Origin: Eledone cirrhosa
Taxonomy: Eukaryota
Reading direction: 5' to 3'
DNA: 64,000 nt
Assembly (NCBI GenBank): GCA_964016885.1
Contig: OZ024745.1
Span: 45,446,001-45,510,000 of the forward strand
The notes beneath the pieces were generated by a model, which worked only from the letters and a program-made list of their open reading frames with translations, had not been told where the DNA came from and made no database searches. This document shows, piece after piece, positions 25,401 to 40,173 of the stretch (its first letter is position 1; the number at the start of each line of letters is the position of its first letter). Both the position numbers and the translations under genes were made by a program.

Positions 25401-27361
25401 ACATTGTTTTTCATTTCAGCAAATAATCTCTTAGATAAGAGTTAAGTGGTTATTTATTGATATAGAATAGTAGTTCTGTAGATTTAGCTTTAGAATAGCC
25501 GTATTTATTGTCATTGAGGGAGGAGAGATGTTGAAGTTATTGGATAACGTTATCATTAGTGCCTGAATTTCAGATATTGAAAGTAACGGAAAATACGCGT
25601 CATATATTCAAGAAAAGATGGATGCAAAATATTCAACTGAAACGTAGCGATGAAAACCGAGACTTTTCATAAATGAATATTATTTGATTATTGGAAAAAA
25701 TAATTCCACCTCTTAAATCTTAAACATACCAAATCTTGAATTTCTTTAGCTTTATGATACCCATAGAAAACAGGATATAAAACAATTTCGTTCTACCAAA
25801 CAATTTGAGCCTTTATTCCGATATGAGCTATCAGTCAATCCAATTCATAAAACTGAAATTCATTGGACGTAGATTAAAAATATTTAATAATTTTATATGT
25901 TACTAGACCACACGTGAGCCGTTGGGTCACGATGACTTAAAAATATATTTTAAAAATCATGTTCACTTAAAAATTATTTTTAAATAATTAGAATATGCAC
26001 AGACATGTATATAATGTAAAATGAAATTGTACGGCCCATATATATGCGCGCGCGTGTGTGTGTGTGCACATTTATATATATGAGTCTCTGTGACACACTA
26101 TACACTGGCGACACACACACATATATATACACACCTGTTATAATTTCATTTAACAACACCACTAGATCTCTCCCTCTCTTCCATTTTCCTTCTCTGTCTC
26201 CTCTCTTTTTCGCTATGTCTCTTTTCGATCTACTCTCTCACAACCACTATCGTTTTCTCTCTAGCTTTCTCTCTCTCTATTTATTAAGGTACCCGGAAAA
26301 ATCCCTTAATTCGTGACCCATGCTCCGATTTACGCGAAATTAGTTTTATTCCTTTTGTATTCCCATTTCAGGGGCAACTTCCTTTCAAAGTATTTTCCCA
26401 TCATGCACCGCTTTGATTGTATTAAATTACAGACAGGCACACAATCGCAGATTTTTAATAGTATATAGATACTTACAATATGTTTGGAGTAGCAAGCTGG
26501 TTAAATGGTATTTCGATTTAATTCAGTTTGAAGAAATGTTGTATAGTACTAAACAGACATTCCAGAACAGTGCAATAGCAGTGTCCTTAGAGCATAGGAT
26601 TGTTTTGCAGTATTTGCTCTGCGTTCGACGCTTCAACTTTGCTTTTCGTCCTTCCGAGGGTAGATAAAATAAATACCAGTTACGTAGTGGGATCGATATA
26701 ATCGACCTTCCATTGACCAATTAGAAACCATTATTAACCAAATATTTAGGGTTGGGTGGAGATCTATGCTGCATATAACCTTTTGGCAGTGGTCTTTATT
26801 TAGCTTATAGAGACGAAATTATTTGTAAAGGAACTGAATCTTGATACGATGAAATATAATAGAATCCTTAAGTCATTGTTGAATATCCCCATAGTGTACA
26901 TTAGTTTGCAGCAATTAATAAAGACAGCTATATTTGCTTTCTATCAGTGAAGGTGATTTACATTATTAAGACATTAGTTTGTCTGATTTTATCGTGTAAT
27001 TCATTGTCCAAAACTTCACTAATTTCATTCTTTTCGATATGTGTTAGACTAACTTATTGGATGCAAGTCTGGTGTTAAATGAATCGTCAAAAGACTTATC
27101 CAATAGTAGTTAAATATAATTGAAAATAAATTTACTGACCCTGTAACATGAATTTATGGCCCCGTAGCAGGTGAAGAAAATATATAGAGAATTAATATCA
27201 GCTCAGTATTTGTATCTTTTGTAATGAAATCCGTCTCAGATATCAAAAGTGGTGGTAAATGTTTATTAGTCCTACTGTATTTATTTACGACATTGAAAAT
27301 GGCTTCTGACATCACTTACAATATACGAAGTATTTGAAAGCTAACTGTTATTGTTTTGTAG

Positions 27362-27463
27362 CAATGGAGTGTAACTGCGATCGAGCTGTAAAGATTTACC
27401 CTAGGCAGTCAACGTCTGCACCACCAATGTTAAACGACACAAACAACAGACCAATAAATCGAG
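27362..27463 (+). CDS. Ret: Probable extra Ret stalk exon, SMECNCDRAVKIYPRQSTSAPPMLNDTNNRPINR
   Basis: ctaac branch point, ttgttttgtag acceptor, GAG|gtaaga donor; 102 nt phase 1-1, open and in frame between flanking exons; no recognised homology. Confidence 0.65.
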
Positions 27464-29798
27464 GTAAGAATATTATTGATTACGGATTAAAATTTTACCT
27501 AAACTTTATTTCTATAAAATGAAATTGACTTTTTTGTATGTTCATTACGGAATATACATAATTCCGAAAATTCTTTATAATGACCCAAATATATTTTTCA
27601 TTGAAATCCATATTGCCCATCTAGCATGAATACACTGCTTTCCATTACTAATACCAACTAATGTATATTCAACTATCGAAATGTGCCTTTCCGACAATTC
27701 TTCCTTTGTTTAATTTATTTTTTACTGGGATAATTATTAGCGCTTCTGAAACTAGTGGGAGAGAGGAATGGTGTAAGAAAATGTTTTCCAAAGTCAGAGG
27801 TTTGATCCGAATGTCTTACAAGAAAGTGGACTCCGCTAAATACACATAAGGATCAGATGTTAACGTGAATGGTGGATTAAACCTACACATCCAGGTGTGC
27901 CACAGAGATATTTGAACTAAGATCGTGAAAAGCACGAAAAATTAACGCAAGCTATCTAGCAATTCCCCCAATCCATCTCCCTAGATTGATACTATATTGT
28001 ATCATCCTCAAACGGATGAAAGGAAAAGTTGAGCACAACTGACTTTGAACATAGAATGTAGAAAACCGGGAAAATGATAAAGGATCCTCCGTCGGTTTAG
28101 ACGATGAACATTCTGTTGTTCGATTAATTGATCGTCCAGTTCACGAATCAATTTGTAAGTGGTTTAGACATGTGTACTCGTAATGTAATTTCCAAGCTGA
28201 ATCATCGAGACAACATGTGACAAGATTATGTCTTGAATTACAAGAACAAAGCATCCGGGGAGCTTGCATGCAAATTCAGTCTACCTAACTTCAGTCAAGT
28301 ACTATGGTTCATGTAATCAACTTCGCACTATCCTCCGATATTTGCTAGCCTTGTGCCAAACGCTATGGTAAAGGCACTAACTCAAAAGGTCAAGCAGTGG
28401 GAGGGAACACGTTATATCATTTTTACGAAACGAATTGTTAACCACGCAGCCATGCTTAAAGAATAAAAAGCAAATGTAACATCACACTGATTTGATGCCA
28501 GTGTACAGGGAATCGGATCAAATACCGCTCTAAACACTCAGCCTATTTATTTGGAGGTCCGGCATATTTACTTCCCTGTATTTTTAAATGTATGTTTTAC
28601 AAAGTTATACAATTTGAAACTTTCTTTAGTTTCATATACATGAAATATAACAACTAGTCATGCTAACTTCGTCTTAACATCATATACAATAAGAACATTT
28701 CTTAAACCGAAACAATTTCTACAAATCAATAGAAATTTTATATTATTCAAATTAATTAAATGTATTAATGATATTTTATCATGATTGGCATCCATCTCTG
28801 CCAGCCATTATCAATATTTATTGATTGTACAGTTGTGGATTGGCAGAATTGGTAGAGCATCGGATAAAATACCGACAAAATAAAGTACCAGTCACATACT
28901 ATGGTTTATTTAATCAACTTTGCTTTTTCCTTCAAAATTTCCTCGCTTTGTTCTTAAATAGGAAATCAATATATATTGCTTCTATCTAACAAATACCGAG
29001 CTTCGTTGGGAATCGGCTTGTTTGAAAATTCCTTAAAAACTGATAAAATGCAACGTGTTACGCAAAAGATTTGTGCATGCACTTCACCTCTTATTTGTTT
29101 CACTGTTAAGGGACTTACGTGAATTTCTTATTTGAGAAATAAACAATATAAATTCTAGCAAAGGGTAAACCTCATTGAGGCGATCAACAGAGACTTTCAT
29201 AAATACTGATGATTTCTTGCGTCAATAATATGTAAAGATTGTTCCTTCCGTCTTAGGCATACATCGTTGTTATCTAGGTGAACGAGCTATCAAGAGAAAA
29301 AGTATGAAAGAATATATATATATATAAATAAATATATATATAGAGAGAGATTTTGAGTTTATGTTGGTTGTATACCAACACCTCAGTATGCAGGCTGGAG
29401 GTCAAATGTACTGAACAATAGCAGGCAAAAACACTACAGGGAGCCTCACCCCAGAAAGAATTCTATAGACTTCTGACTGAGGAATGCTCTCAGAACTGAC
29501 CAATGGGAAGTTTGACACTTTTTTTTGTTATTTTGTTCCTTTAACACCTTGTCCCTTCTACCATTTTATCAATTTTTAAGCTAACTCCAACAATAACAAC
29601 ACTTAGAATGAGGAATGTTCTAATAACTGACCAATGAGAGGAGAAGGGACCTTTGACACTGAAATTCGTTTGTTTGAATTCATATGACCCCAGTTCCTCA
29701 GTGAATTAACAACCCAACAAGGAACTGGGCATATCAGAGTATTGACAATATTATACACCTAAACAACATATGTACTTGTCTATACCATACTAATTCAA

Positions 29799-29853
29799 AC
29801 TGCCTGAAGAGGTCACAGCCAAAGATGGCTGTCACTGAAATATATATAGCAGT
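29799..29853 (+). ncRNA. Hammerhead family A
   Basis: Same motif as 16570-16624. Confidence 0.8.
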
Positions 29854-29897
29854 AATAAACGAAGCTAAATTTTAATCATTTGACTTTTATTTAACTT

Positions 29898-29949
<52 letters not shown>

Positions 29950-30025
29950 AAGTTAAATAAAAGTCAAATGATTAAAATTTAGCTTCGTTTATTACTGCTA
30001 TATATATTTCAGTGACAGCCATCTT
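29820..30025. repeat. Inverted duplication around a (TA)n spacer
   Basis: aaagatggctgtcactgaaa...ctttatttt (TA)n aaaataaag...tttcagtgacagccatcttt. Confidence 0.9.
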
Positions 30026-30169
30026 TATATATATATATATATATATATAAGAGAGTATTGAAGTTTGCTTGAAGCATTGTGGAATAATAAGGTAAATTTC
30101 TTTAAGTCGTTTGGTAGCCTCGACAATGCAGATGGGTAAATCTCCGGGTAACTATGTACATATATATAT

Positions 30170-30270
<101 letters not shown>

Positions 30271-32135
30271 CGTACATACATATATACAAACCATCGACAT
30301 TTTGACAAGAAAAAAAATAAAATAAAGATAGCCACTTGCTTATACGTAGTGAGAAAGATGGGTAGAGATGTTACGAAATATTGAAGAAATCTGTTAAGCC
30401 CTAATGTACAAACACAATTACCTTGTTTATGTTAGTATATTTTAAGGTGAATGTTAAACGAAGGTAATTCTCATAATAAAGTGTCATCTTTCTCACACAA
30501 GCTGCTCTTAGTTATTTTAGCATATATCTTGCTTTTGATTTGGGTATTTGGTTCTAAATCTAGATCTGTTCCCTAACGGATTCAAAAAGATAATTAATTA
30601 TGGCAGCTAAATATGTATTTACATTAGGTTAGCTGATCTAGAAATTACTCAAAGAACTCACACAGTGTTACACAAGCCTTCTGCCTTCTGTGTAGCGCAG
30701 AGGGGTACTTACAGTTTCTGTCTAATGTGTATTAATGCATGCAAGTAAGCTCTTCATTCATCCTTATGTGAAAGACTGTTGCTAATGCTCAAAGTCGTAA
30801 TAGAAACCTTCGGTTGTAATCCCTAAATAGCATATCAACTAACAACATGCTCACAGTCTCACTCCTACGTGACCTTTTTATCCAATTATTAGAAATGAAA
30901 TATATAACAGTGAAGCGAAGATGATGAGTTGTACCAACAATTATGTCTATACACAGTTAGTCAAATAAAAAATAAACTGATAAATATATGTATGAATACG
31001 TAAAGGTATACACCACTCCCAAACGCACACATGCATGCATCTATACCAACAAAAGCATATAATATAGATAGACACTCACATACACACACACACTCACACA
31101 CACTCACACACTGTGATAGGCTGCCCTATCATTAACAAGACGCTCGCTTGGCTTCGAACATTTTAACAACGAGTTCTCTGAACTATCAACCTTTTAGCAA
31201 TGGTAACTGTATATCCATTTAATAATGTATCGTTTTCTTAATACAATATAAAGATATCTGTATTTAAGGAAACGTATGATACCCTACCTCGGCAAATGTA
31301 GCATTTCCCCGCTATTGCACAGAATGATGAAACGTGAGATAACACTGAAATCGAATGATTGATTCGGTGGAAAAGGAATTACTATTAGGAATCACATAAA
31401 ATATATTTGAAAAGTTAAAACATTGAGGGAAAAAACTGAAGAAGCTGTATGGGTTAGTTCGAAAGCAACTAGAGTTCTAGAGTTGAGGGTGTGGCATGTA
31501 AGCAAATACATAATCCTACCCGAATACATTTACAAACATATATACAATACATAGAAGTTATATATACATAGATTTGGTTTAATGTGAACACCGTATAGTA
31601 TTTAACAAAATTGATGGGAAATAACACTTTTACAGAAATACCAAAGAGAACTCTTGAAATAAAATATTCTATAGCAAATTATTAATACCTTCGACATCAT
31701 TTTGTAAAATTTTATAGACAATATTAGTATAATGACTGTTAAAGAATATTAGTTGAATAGTACCATATATAAAATAAAAATTAGAAAACGTCAAACATCT
31801 GCTATATCTTCAAATTATCTCTGGTAAGAAACAAGGTGCGATGCAACCAGCCAGACATCTACGAATGTCTTTAGATATTTCAGGTGTTGTTCAGTAGCTG
31901 CTTGTTTCTAAAGCAGGTAAAATAATAAAGGGAATATTGAGAGAAAATATGGTGCCTTTTAATTAGGGCGTAATTAAGGTAAATAATACGATATGTTTGA
32001 CAATTCAACCAAGTATAAACAGTCATAAGGTGATGATATGGAGTCAATTTAAATTCTCTGAAGACACAATTAAATCCAGATACATCGAAATATAGCATTG
32101 AGGAAAGTAACAGAAACATGCATGCATCAAATGTA

Positions 32136-32200
<65 letters not shown>

Positions 32201-32742
32201 TGGCACACACACGCGCGTACACTCACACACACACAGATGCACATTTATTTATTAAATTAACGACATTCGCAGGATTAGTTCTGTTTACACTGTTAAGAAT
32301 TCAGCCGAGATGAATTATTATGGAAGGAAACAGAAATAGTCATATCCAAGGATAGAAGTGGCTCAAACCAACGTGGTCGAGAATCAGCATGTAGACGTTT
32401 TAATGAGAAAAAACAATTCATACATACAATATGTATATATTTACATATATATATATATCCCAAGTTCATCCTACTCCTCCACACTGAACCATCAATATAG
32501 ATAACCCTAAATCATAACTCCAATACTAAGAATGTTGTGCAGGCAGTCACTCACTATCTCGTTTTCTCAATCTTGATAAATTCGCCAACTTAGCGAGCGG
32601 CGTTGCGAGACCAAAAATGCCATTGTATTGATTTATTACGATAAAAAATAAGGATCCCACCCTACGCTGCAGATGTTAGTCGATTGACTGTAAGTTATCT
32701 GATAGCAGGAACTTGACACGCAGAGTGTCCAGTGACATATAA

Positions 32743-34439
32743 CACCGTGTAACATATCTTTTGTTCCCCGGTTCTAAGTGTCATTTCATGGTTTGTTATA
32801 TCTCATTATTATAAAAAAACACTATTATTTAACCAGAAGTTTGGGTTTGTAGTCAGGAGTTTGATATTTCGAAATTTTCATAATTATCAAGAAAAAACAC
32901 ATTTAAAAAAAATTTATCAGTTTATATAATTAAATCAACAGAGTATATATTTATTTTATTACACAAGCTTATCAAAAGCAAACAAGTAAAAACAAATAAC
33001 ACATGACTGGATTTCCTGGATTTGCGGTTGTAGTCCAGGTCGCATTCCCGCACTAGCCCCCAGATATAGTCCCCCAGCATTTTTTCATTGTAGTGGCCCA
33101 GGTACTTCCACTCTATCTCTTTCACATATTGGTGAATTTGTTCGCCTTGTTCTTCTGAGTAGGCGCCCATATTGTCCTTGAATTTTTCCAGGTGAGCGTC
33201 CAGCATATGGAGTTTAAGCGACATCCTGCATCCCATGGCGCAAAAAGCCTTTATCAGATCCTGCACCAGTTGCTGGTAGTTTTCCGCTCTGTAGTTGCCC
33301 AGGAAGCCCTTAACAACTGCATTGAAACAGTTCCATGCTGTTCTCTTAATCCTAATGAGCTTATTTGAGAACTCGGTAGATTCAAACACCTTCTTTATCT
33401 GAGGTCCAACAAAAATTCCACCTTTGATTTTGGCGTGAGATAACTTGGGGAAGAACTCAAGAAGGTACTTAAAAGCAGCTGATTCTTGGTTCATCAACCC
33501 CAACTTAATGTGCAGTGGCGGCTTGAGCACAATCCTGGGATCAACCAGTGGCTCCCATATGACGTTCCGGGTCCCAACTACAAATTCTGTTCGCTGCTCC
33601 CAGTTCTTTCTTTTGTAGTGGTCAGAGGTGGCTCTGCTCTCCCAAAGGCAGAGGAAGCATTGGAATTTGATAAAGCCTCCTTGGAGTCCAAGCAGGAAAG
33701 CCACCATCTTGAAGTCTCCAATGATTTCCCAATTGTACTGGTTGTATTGCAGAGCTTCCAAGAGGACTTTCACACTGTAGTAATCTTCCTTCAGGCAGAC
33801 TGAATGATCTAGGGGCAGTGTCGGGAACTTGTTTCCATTGTGGAGGAGGACAGCCTTCAAACTTGTGGTGGAGCTGTCTATAAATAGCCGCCACTCCTTG
33901 GGCATAAACGGCACCCCAATAACGTCAAACAGTCCAGGCACGTCATGGCAGAAGCAGAGGCCATCCCTAAGAGTGTAAAAGTCTGAGAAAGGTTCGAGTC
34001 GACTTCTCTGACATGTCACCTGCACTTCCTCCTTGACCAAGTTCCACTGCTTCATCCTGGAGACGAATGCTTAAAACACAACTTAACCTTTATTCAGGGT
34101 GCGTAAATCCAGTATCAATAAATCTTTTTAATCCACTTTTTAACAATTTTATACTTTATTGCACTTTTATAATTTTCTTTAGGTATTAGTCTTTATTTTA
34201 TAATTTTAATTTAACCTGAAACATATATAAAGCAATCATTTAACATAAGCAAATTAAACTTATATACAACGTAAAATCCAACATACAAATAATTCTAGTG
34301 AATAGCTTAGAATTTTTACAAACCCAAACTTTTAACTGTTTAATAGCACTTTTATTTATTTATTTATTTGGGACCTAAGCAACACAAAAAAGTGATTACA
34401 AGCCAGGAACAGAGAAACATTTTTTTTTGTTACACGGTG
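32743..34439 (-). mobile_element. Chapaev-type (CMC superfamily) DNA transposon, internally deleted
   Basis: 12-bp TIRs CACCGTGTAACA / TGTTACACGGTG, shared subterminal aagtttgggtttgta, 4-bp TSD ATAA. Confidence 0.85.
32922..34055 (-). CDS. Chapaev-family transposase, N-terminally truncated (377-aa ORF)
   Basis: Motifs EWRLFIDSS..SLKAVLLHNGN, IGDFKMVAFLLGLQGG..CFLCLW, PPLHIKLGL, GIFVGPQI, MSLKLHML, SEEQGE. Confidence 0.85.
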   Translation of the reverse strand: MKQWNLVKEEVQVTCQRSRLEPFSDFYTLRDGLCFCHDVPGLFDVIGVPFMPKEWRLFIDSSTTSLKAVLLHNGNKFPTLPLDHSVCLKEDYYSVKVLLEALQYNQYNWEIIGDFKMVAFLLGLQGGFIKFQCFLCLWESRATSDHYKRKNWEQRTEFVVGTRNVIWEPLVDPRIVLKPPLHIKLGLMNQESAAFKYLLEFFPKLSHAKIKGGIFVGPQIKKVFESTEFSNKLIRIKRTAWNCFNAVVKGFLGNYRAENYQQLVQDLIKAFCAMGCRMSLKLHMLDAHLEKFKDNMGAYSEEQGEQIHQYVKEIEWKYLGHYNEKMLGDYIWGLVRECDLDYNRKSRKSSHVLFVFTCLLLISLCNKINIYSVDLII

Positions 34440-37389
34440 ATAATTACTTAATGGAGGTCGCTAGGAAAGATTCACTTCAGAAATATCTATCATATCATTA
34501 GATTGTCATATGGATAAGCTGAGATAATCGCCACGACATCTCAATCAACATCTCGATAAACGTTTGTGAGGTATTTCAATGGAAACTTGTTCTTATGTAT
34601 AACTGTTTCGATGTACGTATGTCATGTACCTTTATGTTAGTGTCACTATCTACGCGTCTATATTTATTTTGGGGAAATTGAACATGAATGTTTTTTCCTT
34701 TAAAAAAAACCTTTTGTTTGGAGGAAGAAGTTGGGCCCGTACATTTTGCAGGTCATCAGGGACCAGGGAAATCAAAAATGGTTCAAATATGAACTGTTGG
34801 AACAGTTGAAGGAAAAAAACATATGACGATGGTACTTTTGGGGGAGAAAGGGTATTCAAAGTGTTCTACATTGTGATAACAGAGACATCGAGTATTTCTT
34901 CAATACACATTGAAGAAATACTCGATGTCTTTGTTAATGGATTCAATTCTGACTGCATATAGTAAGTCTTTTGTATATGGATGACGATTCTGTATGGAAG
35001 ATTATGCTGGGTGATAAATGTTGGCATCATCTTCATAGGAAATAGAGTTAATAGATAGATTACTGGGGAAAGCTCCATCACTACATACCATGATAATGAG
35101 GTCTGCTAGAAAGCTACCGATCCATCAACTGAGAAACTTTTGTAATCTCTAGACGGGTAGTATCTCCAGGATAGTTGGCGTTCAGTTATGTTCGAACGCT
35201 TTGTTTATGACGCAAACTACAACTCCTCTTTATCAGCTTTTCTCGTGGATGAGAGTCAACTTATGAAATACATAGAATAGTTCTGGATGTATGAATGCTG
35301 TACTATATCGGTCATTGTGATACAAGTTGCTGGAGAAGTTTATTTTTAATAGCGGTTTCCATTACAATTGAGAGATTAAAACGTGAGTGCCGTAGGATGA
35401 TAGTTAACAGAATCTCTGCAGTATGTTTTCAAAGATTGGTGTATATTGTCTTGGGTGAGGGTATTGCTAATATGTGGTTGTTTATTCGGCAATCGTGATA
35501 AGGCACTGGTCTGGCAACTCGATATGGGCAGACACGGATATGATTTAGTTGAGGTTGTTTAGGGTTCATAAAGAGATCAAGTGTATATATGTATGTAATT
35601 ATAGGTGGGTGTGGATGTGTGAGGGTAGGAGGGAGTTTGTCAGTTAAGCGTCCAATATCGGGCAACTGCTAGACGAATATCACAATATCAAAGCAAGACT
35701 CTTGACAATAAACTCTCTCAAAGAGATTTTGTACAGCTATGTGCTGATGTATAACAGTCTCAGTAAATCCGTTCTCGTGTGCGGTTGACTACCACAGGAC
35801 AGCAAGTTGTACATCATACCTTTAGTTATGAGGCTGTGATCCCCCTCCAAAAATAATTTTTGGGTTATAGATTTCCATTATAAACGAGACTATTATGGCA
35901 ATGCTTTCGATAACCTTTATTCATTACAATACTCACCAATTTATTGTGTTAGGAGTATTTGAGAGGCAGGATATATTTGATGCATCATGTTAACAATCTT
36001 CGCACTTCTTATCTGTAGGATGTCTTAATTTTATTATAACCTTATGTACAAACGTTGTAATATCCACAAACCTGAACATAATGGCAACGCTGCTTATAAA
36101 AATTCAACCATAGGGAAGAAAACTAGCGGCTAATTCTCTAAATACACAAGAATTTAATCATAAGTGCATTTAGTAATAAAGGAAGGTACGTAATTGTACA
36201 ACGTGTAACAAAGATTTCTGTTTTGTGGGAAAACAAAATAACATTCAGTTTCATAGCAGTACTTGGCGCTCAACTGAAGTCAATAATTATAATTCTTTCA
36301 TACTTATTATTCAATACAAAAGGATTAGTATACAGCGACGCTTCTCCCGGTTAAATTTACAGGAAAGAAAAAAAGAACTGGTAGTATTCGAATGAAGCCG
36401 AGTTACTGGGCTACATGTGGACCAGAAACAATCATCTCCTACACCTACAACATTTCTTTATGTAATAACCGTGAATTGTTGTATACAACTACGACATGAT
36501 GAAGTCTTTTAGGCGGACGTTCCTAGTGCACATATACTCCAATAATTCACCTCATTTCAATTCTACCACTAATAGTTGTTGTGAGGACACGTAACATCGG
36601 GGTTATGGTGTTCGTCTCACGATTTTAGCGACTGGGTGTTCGATTCCCGACGGCACATTGTATCTTTGAGCAAGATATTTTATTTTCCGTTGTTCTTGTC
36701 AACTCTGCTGGAACAAGATGAGTTATACCTGTCATTCAAAGAAGCAACTATGTCACATAATTTGTCCTGTTGAAACTCCTTGAGGATTACGTTATGGATG
36801 CACGTGTCCGTAGAATGGTCAGCCATTGTAAGGTTAATTTCAGGGAATACGCATTTGTCTGAACGAATGAACTTCAACCTTACAGCTTACTGCTTAAGCA
36901 TTGAAACAATAATGATTGACTTAAAATATTCAGGAACATCATGTAAAATTGAAACTGCTACTGCAAATATCTGGCAATTAGTTAATGTGTGCACATTATA
37001 AGTTTATGCATACATCTTATCAAGTTGGAGAGACGTGTGTGCATCTCATGCATACAAGCTGAATAGGCATGGTTTCGTCTACCAGATACTGGTTAAATGT
37101 GGTTTGTCGTGGCCACGCGAACCTCTTAACCACGCAGCTATGCCCAACCATGTACAAAATATATGTGAAAATACATGTATGTGTATAAATCTATGTATGA
37201 GTTAAATTTTCTTAGAAATACGCAATTTCTTAGTGATCTCAATAAACGTGTGATAATATATTATATCATATTATATTATTATTATTAATATATATATATA
37301 TATATATATAACTTTGCGTATGTGTTGGTTGTTTACCGACACTTCAGTATGCAGGTTAGAGCATATAGCTATATATATGAATATATATG

Positions 37390-37441
<52 letters not shown>

Positions 37442-38468
37442 TGTGTGTGTGTGTACGTATGTATGTATATATATTTCCTCACTTTAAAAAATATCTTCAC
37501 GCACAGGCATTGCACGATAGAATTAATTAATAATTATTAATAATGGTATATCGTGCAATGGCCATACTCGATAACGAGGGGGCAGCCATCATCATCATCA
37601 TATATATTTATATACGTATGTATACATACACACTGAAACACGCATTATACATATATATGAGTTTATCAATCTATGCAAGTGTTGGAAATACAGTTATTAT
37701 AGTAATGAGAAGAGTCCTTTTATCTTTTGTAATTGAGGTACCACAGATTCCTACCAGTAATGAATTTTGAATAGAAAGTCGGGTTATTTAAATCCGCACT
37801 TGTTGTGAGATGGTAATACATAGACATAACTCTTAAGTAAACATTGCAAATAATGTCAGTCCTATTGAAGTGGACCGAAATCTATTTCGAGTGAGTAGGA
37901 TGCCTGATGTTGGTGGCATCTGCACAGAAACTCGATAAAAGTTATAAGGGAATCGCTCTATAGAAATAAATTGCTCTTAAATTACATATTTGGGAGAATG
38001 TAAAGAGGAAATATTATGTGCGTATGTCCGTGTGAAATGTGATGTTTGTTGTAGTGATAGTGATGGCTAGTTTTGATAAAATAATTGTATTAGGAGCGCA
38101 TCGTTTATGACAGGAAGTTGAATTTAGATTAAGCGATTGAATGAAACGTTCAACAGCACTAGTAGATTTAACCCGGTGAAACTATGAGAGAAATGTCAAT
38201 GTATGTAAATGGGATGTATATACAAATATAAATATAAATATATACAAATATAAATATATAAAAATATGTATGTCTTTATCATTTAACACACAAATTCGTG
38301 GCAATATATAAATAAAATTTCTGGATTGAATATCTACACACAAATATTATATTAATACTCTTACATAAATCTGTTAGAACCAAGTTGAGTACACACACAC
38401 TCACACATACACACGCTCACACACACACGCTCACATACACGCTCTCACACACTCTCTCTCTTTCACAA

Positions 38469-38500
<32 letters not shown>

Positions 38501-39115
38501 TACACATTATTGTATATAGGCATATGTAATATTTATTATAAATATTATTTAATGTATGAATTTCTGTTAATGATTCGAATCCCCATCAATTTTGAGCCTT
38601 CTCCATAACGTTTAGATAATTATAAGCATTTATGAGTGCCCCCCCCCCCCCCCCCCCCCACACACACACTATATGTAGAAATATTGTTTAAAACATTAAA
38701 ATAATCAATCGGTATTTCTCAGCCAACAGTTATAAATTTTGTTGTAGGATTTATTAATAATTGTTTAATGGAAACTGTTGTTTTTGAGAGATAAATGAAA
38801 CAAGTTGAGCTTTATTTTACTCTGTTCTGACAGAGACTTTTGATCCTGTTAGATTACTCTATATTTTAGTACTTAGTTCTAATAGGGAGTTGGTGATTGT
38901 CCATTAACCAACATGTTATTATTCGATCTCATGTTACAGAGACTTTTGATATTATTTATATGTTCTTGAAAATTGGGGGTATTCGATATTAATAAACGAT
39001 GAATTTCTTTCGTTTGCAAAATTGTTTGTATTTTTCTATGGTGAAATTGAGGGTAACATGGAATAAATTCACAATATCTAGATTAGTGTGCATATGGTTC
39101 ACACATCCCTGGTCC

Positions 39116-39176
<61 letters not shown>

Positions 39177-39311
39177 GCCCTGACTCTCTATTATATTTAC
39201 TCATTTACTCTCTACTATCTCAAATATCGAGTACTCTGCCGAGTTATGGCCTTCCTAGCTTAAACTAGTTTAATCCTGATACCTTTCTGTCTCTCTTTCT
39301 CTCTCACTCAC

Positions 39312-39520
<209 letters not shown>

Positions 39521-39548
39521 ATATATAAATATATATATGTGAGAGTTT

Positions 39549-39701
<153 letters not shown>

Positions 39702-40048
39702 CTCTCACATATATATAAAAATATGAATATATATATTTGTGTGTGTGTATGTGTGAGCAGAACTAGACACGTTATATTGCTTCTAATGATGATTATTTGT
39801 GCAATCAAATGTTTCATATGTTAATGAATTATTAACCTAAGAACATAAATAATCGGACCACTTGAAATAGGAAGCAACAGCTTCCGGTACCCGTTGTTTA
39901 TAGATAACAACTTTTTCTTAATATATACTAGAAAAATATAGGTTCTGTTTTGAAAGTATTGCAATATATACACTAATATATATATATATATATATGTATG
40001 CATATATGTATATATAAATGTATATATATGTACATATATATGCATATG

Positions 40049-40173
<125 letters not shown>

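Noticed and set aside
33486-33894. ORFs overlapping the transposase
   Set aside because: Shadow and alternate frames of the Chapaev ORF
34650-34860. LLPPN motif suggesting a pogo/Tigger transposase
   Set aside because: Single short motif with no supporting DDE residues or TIRs
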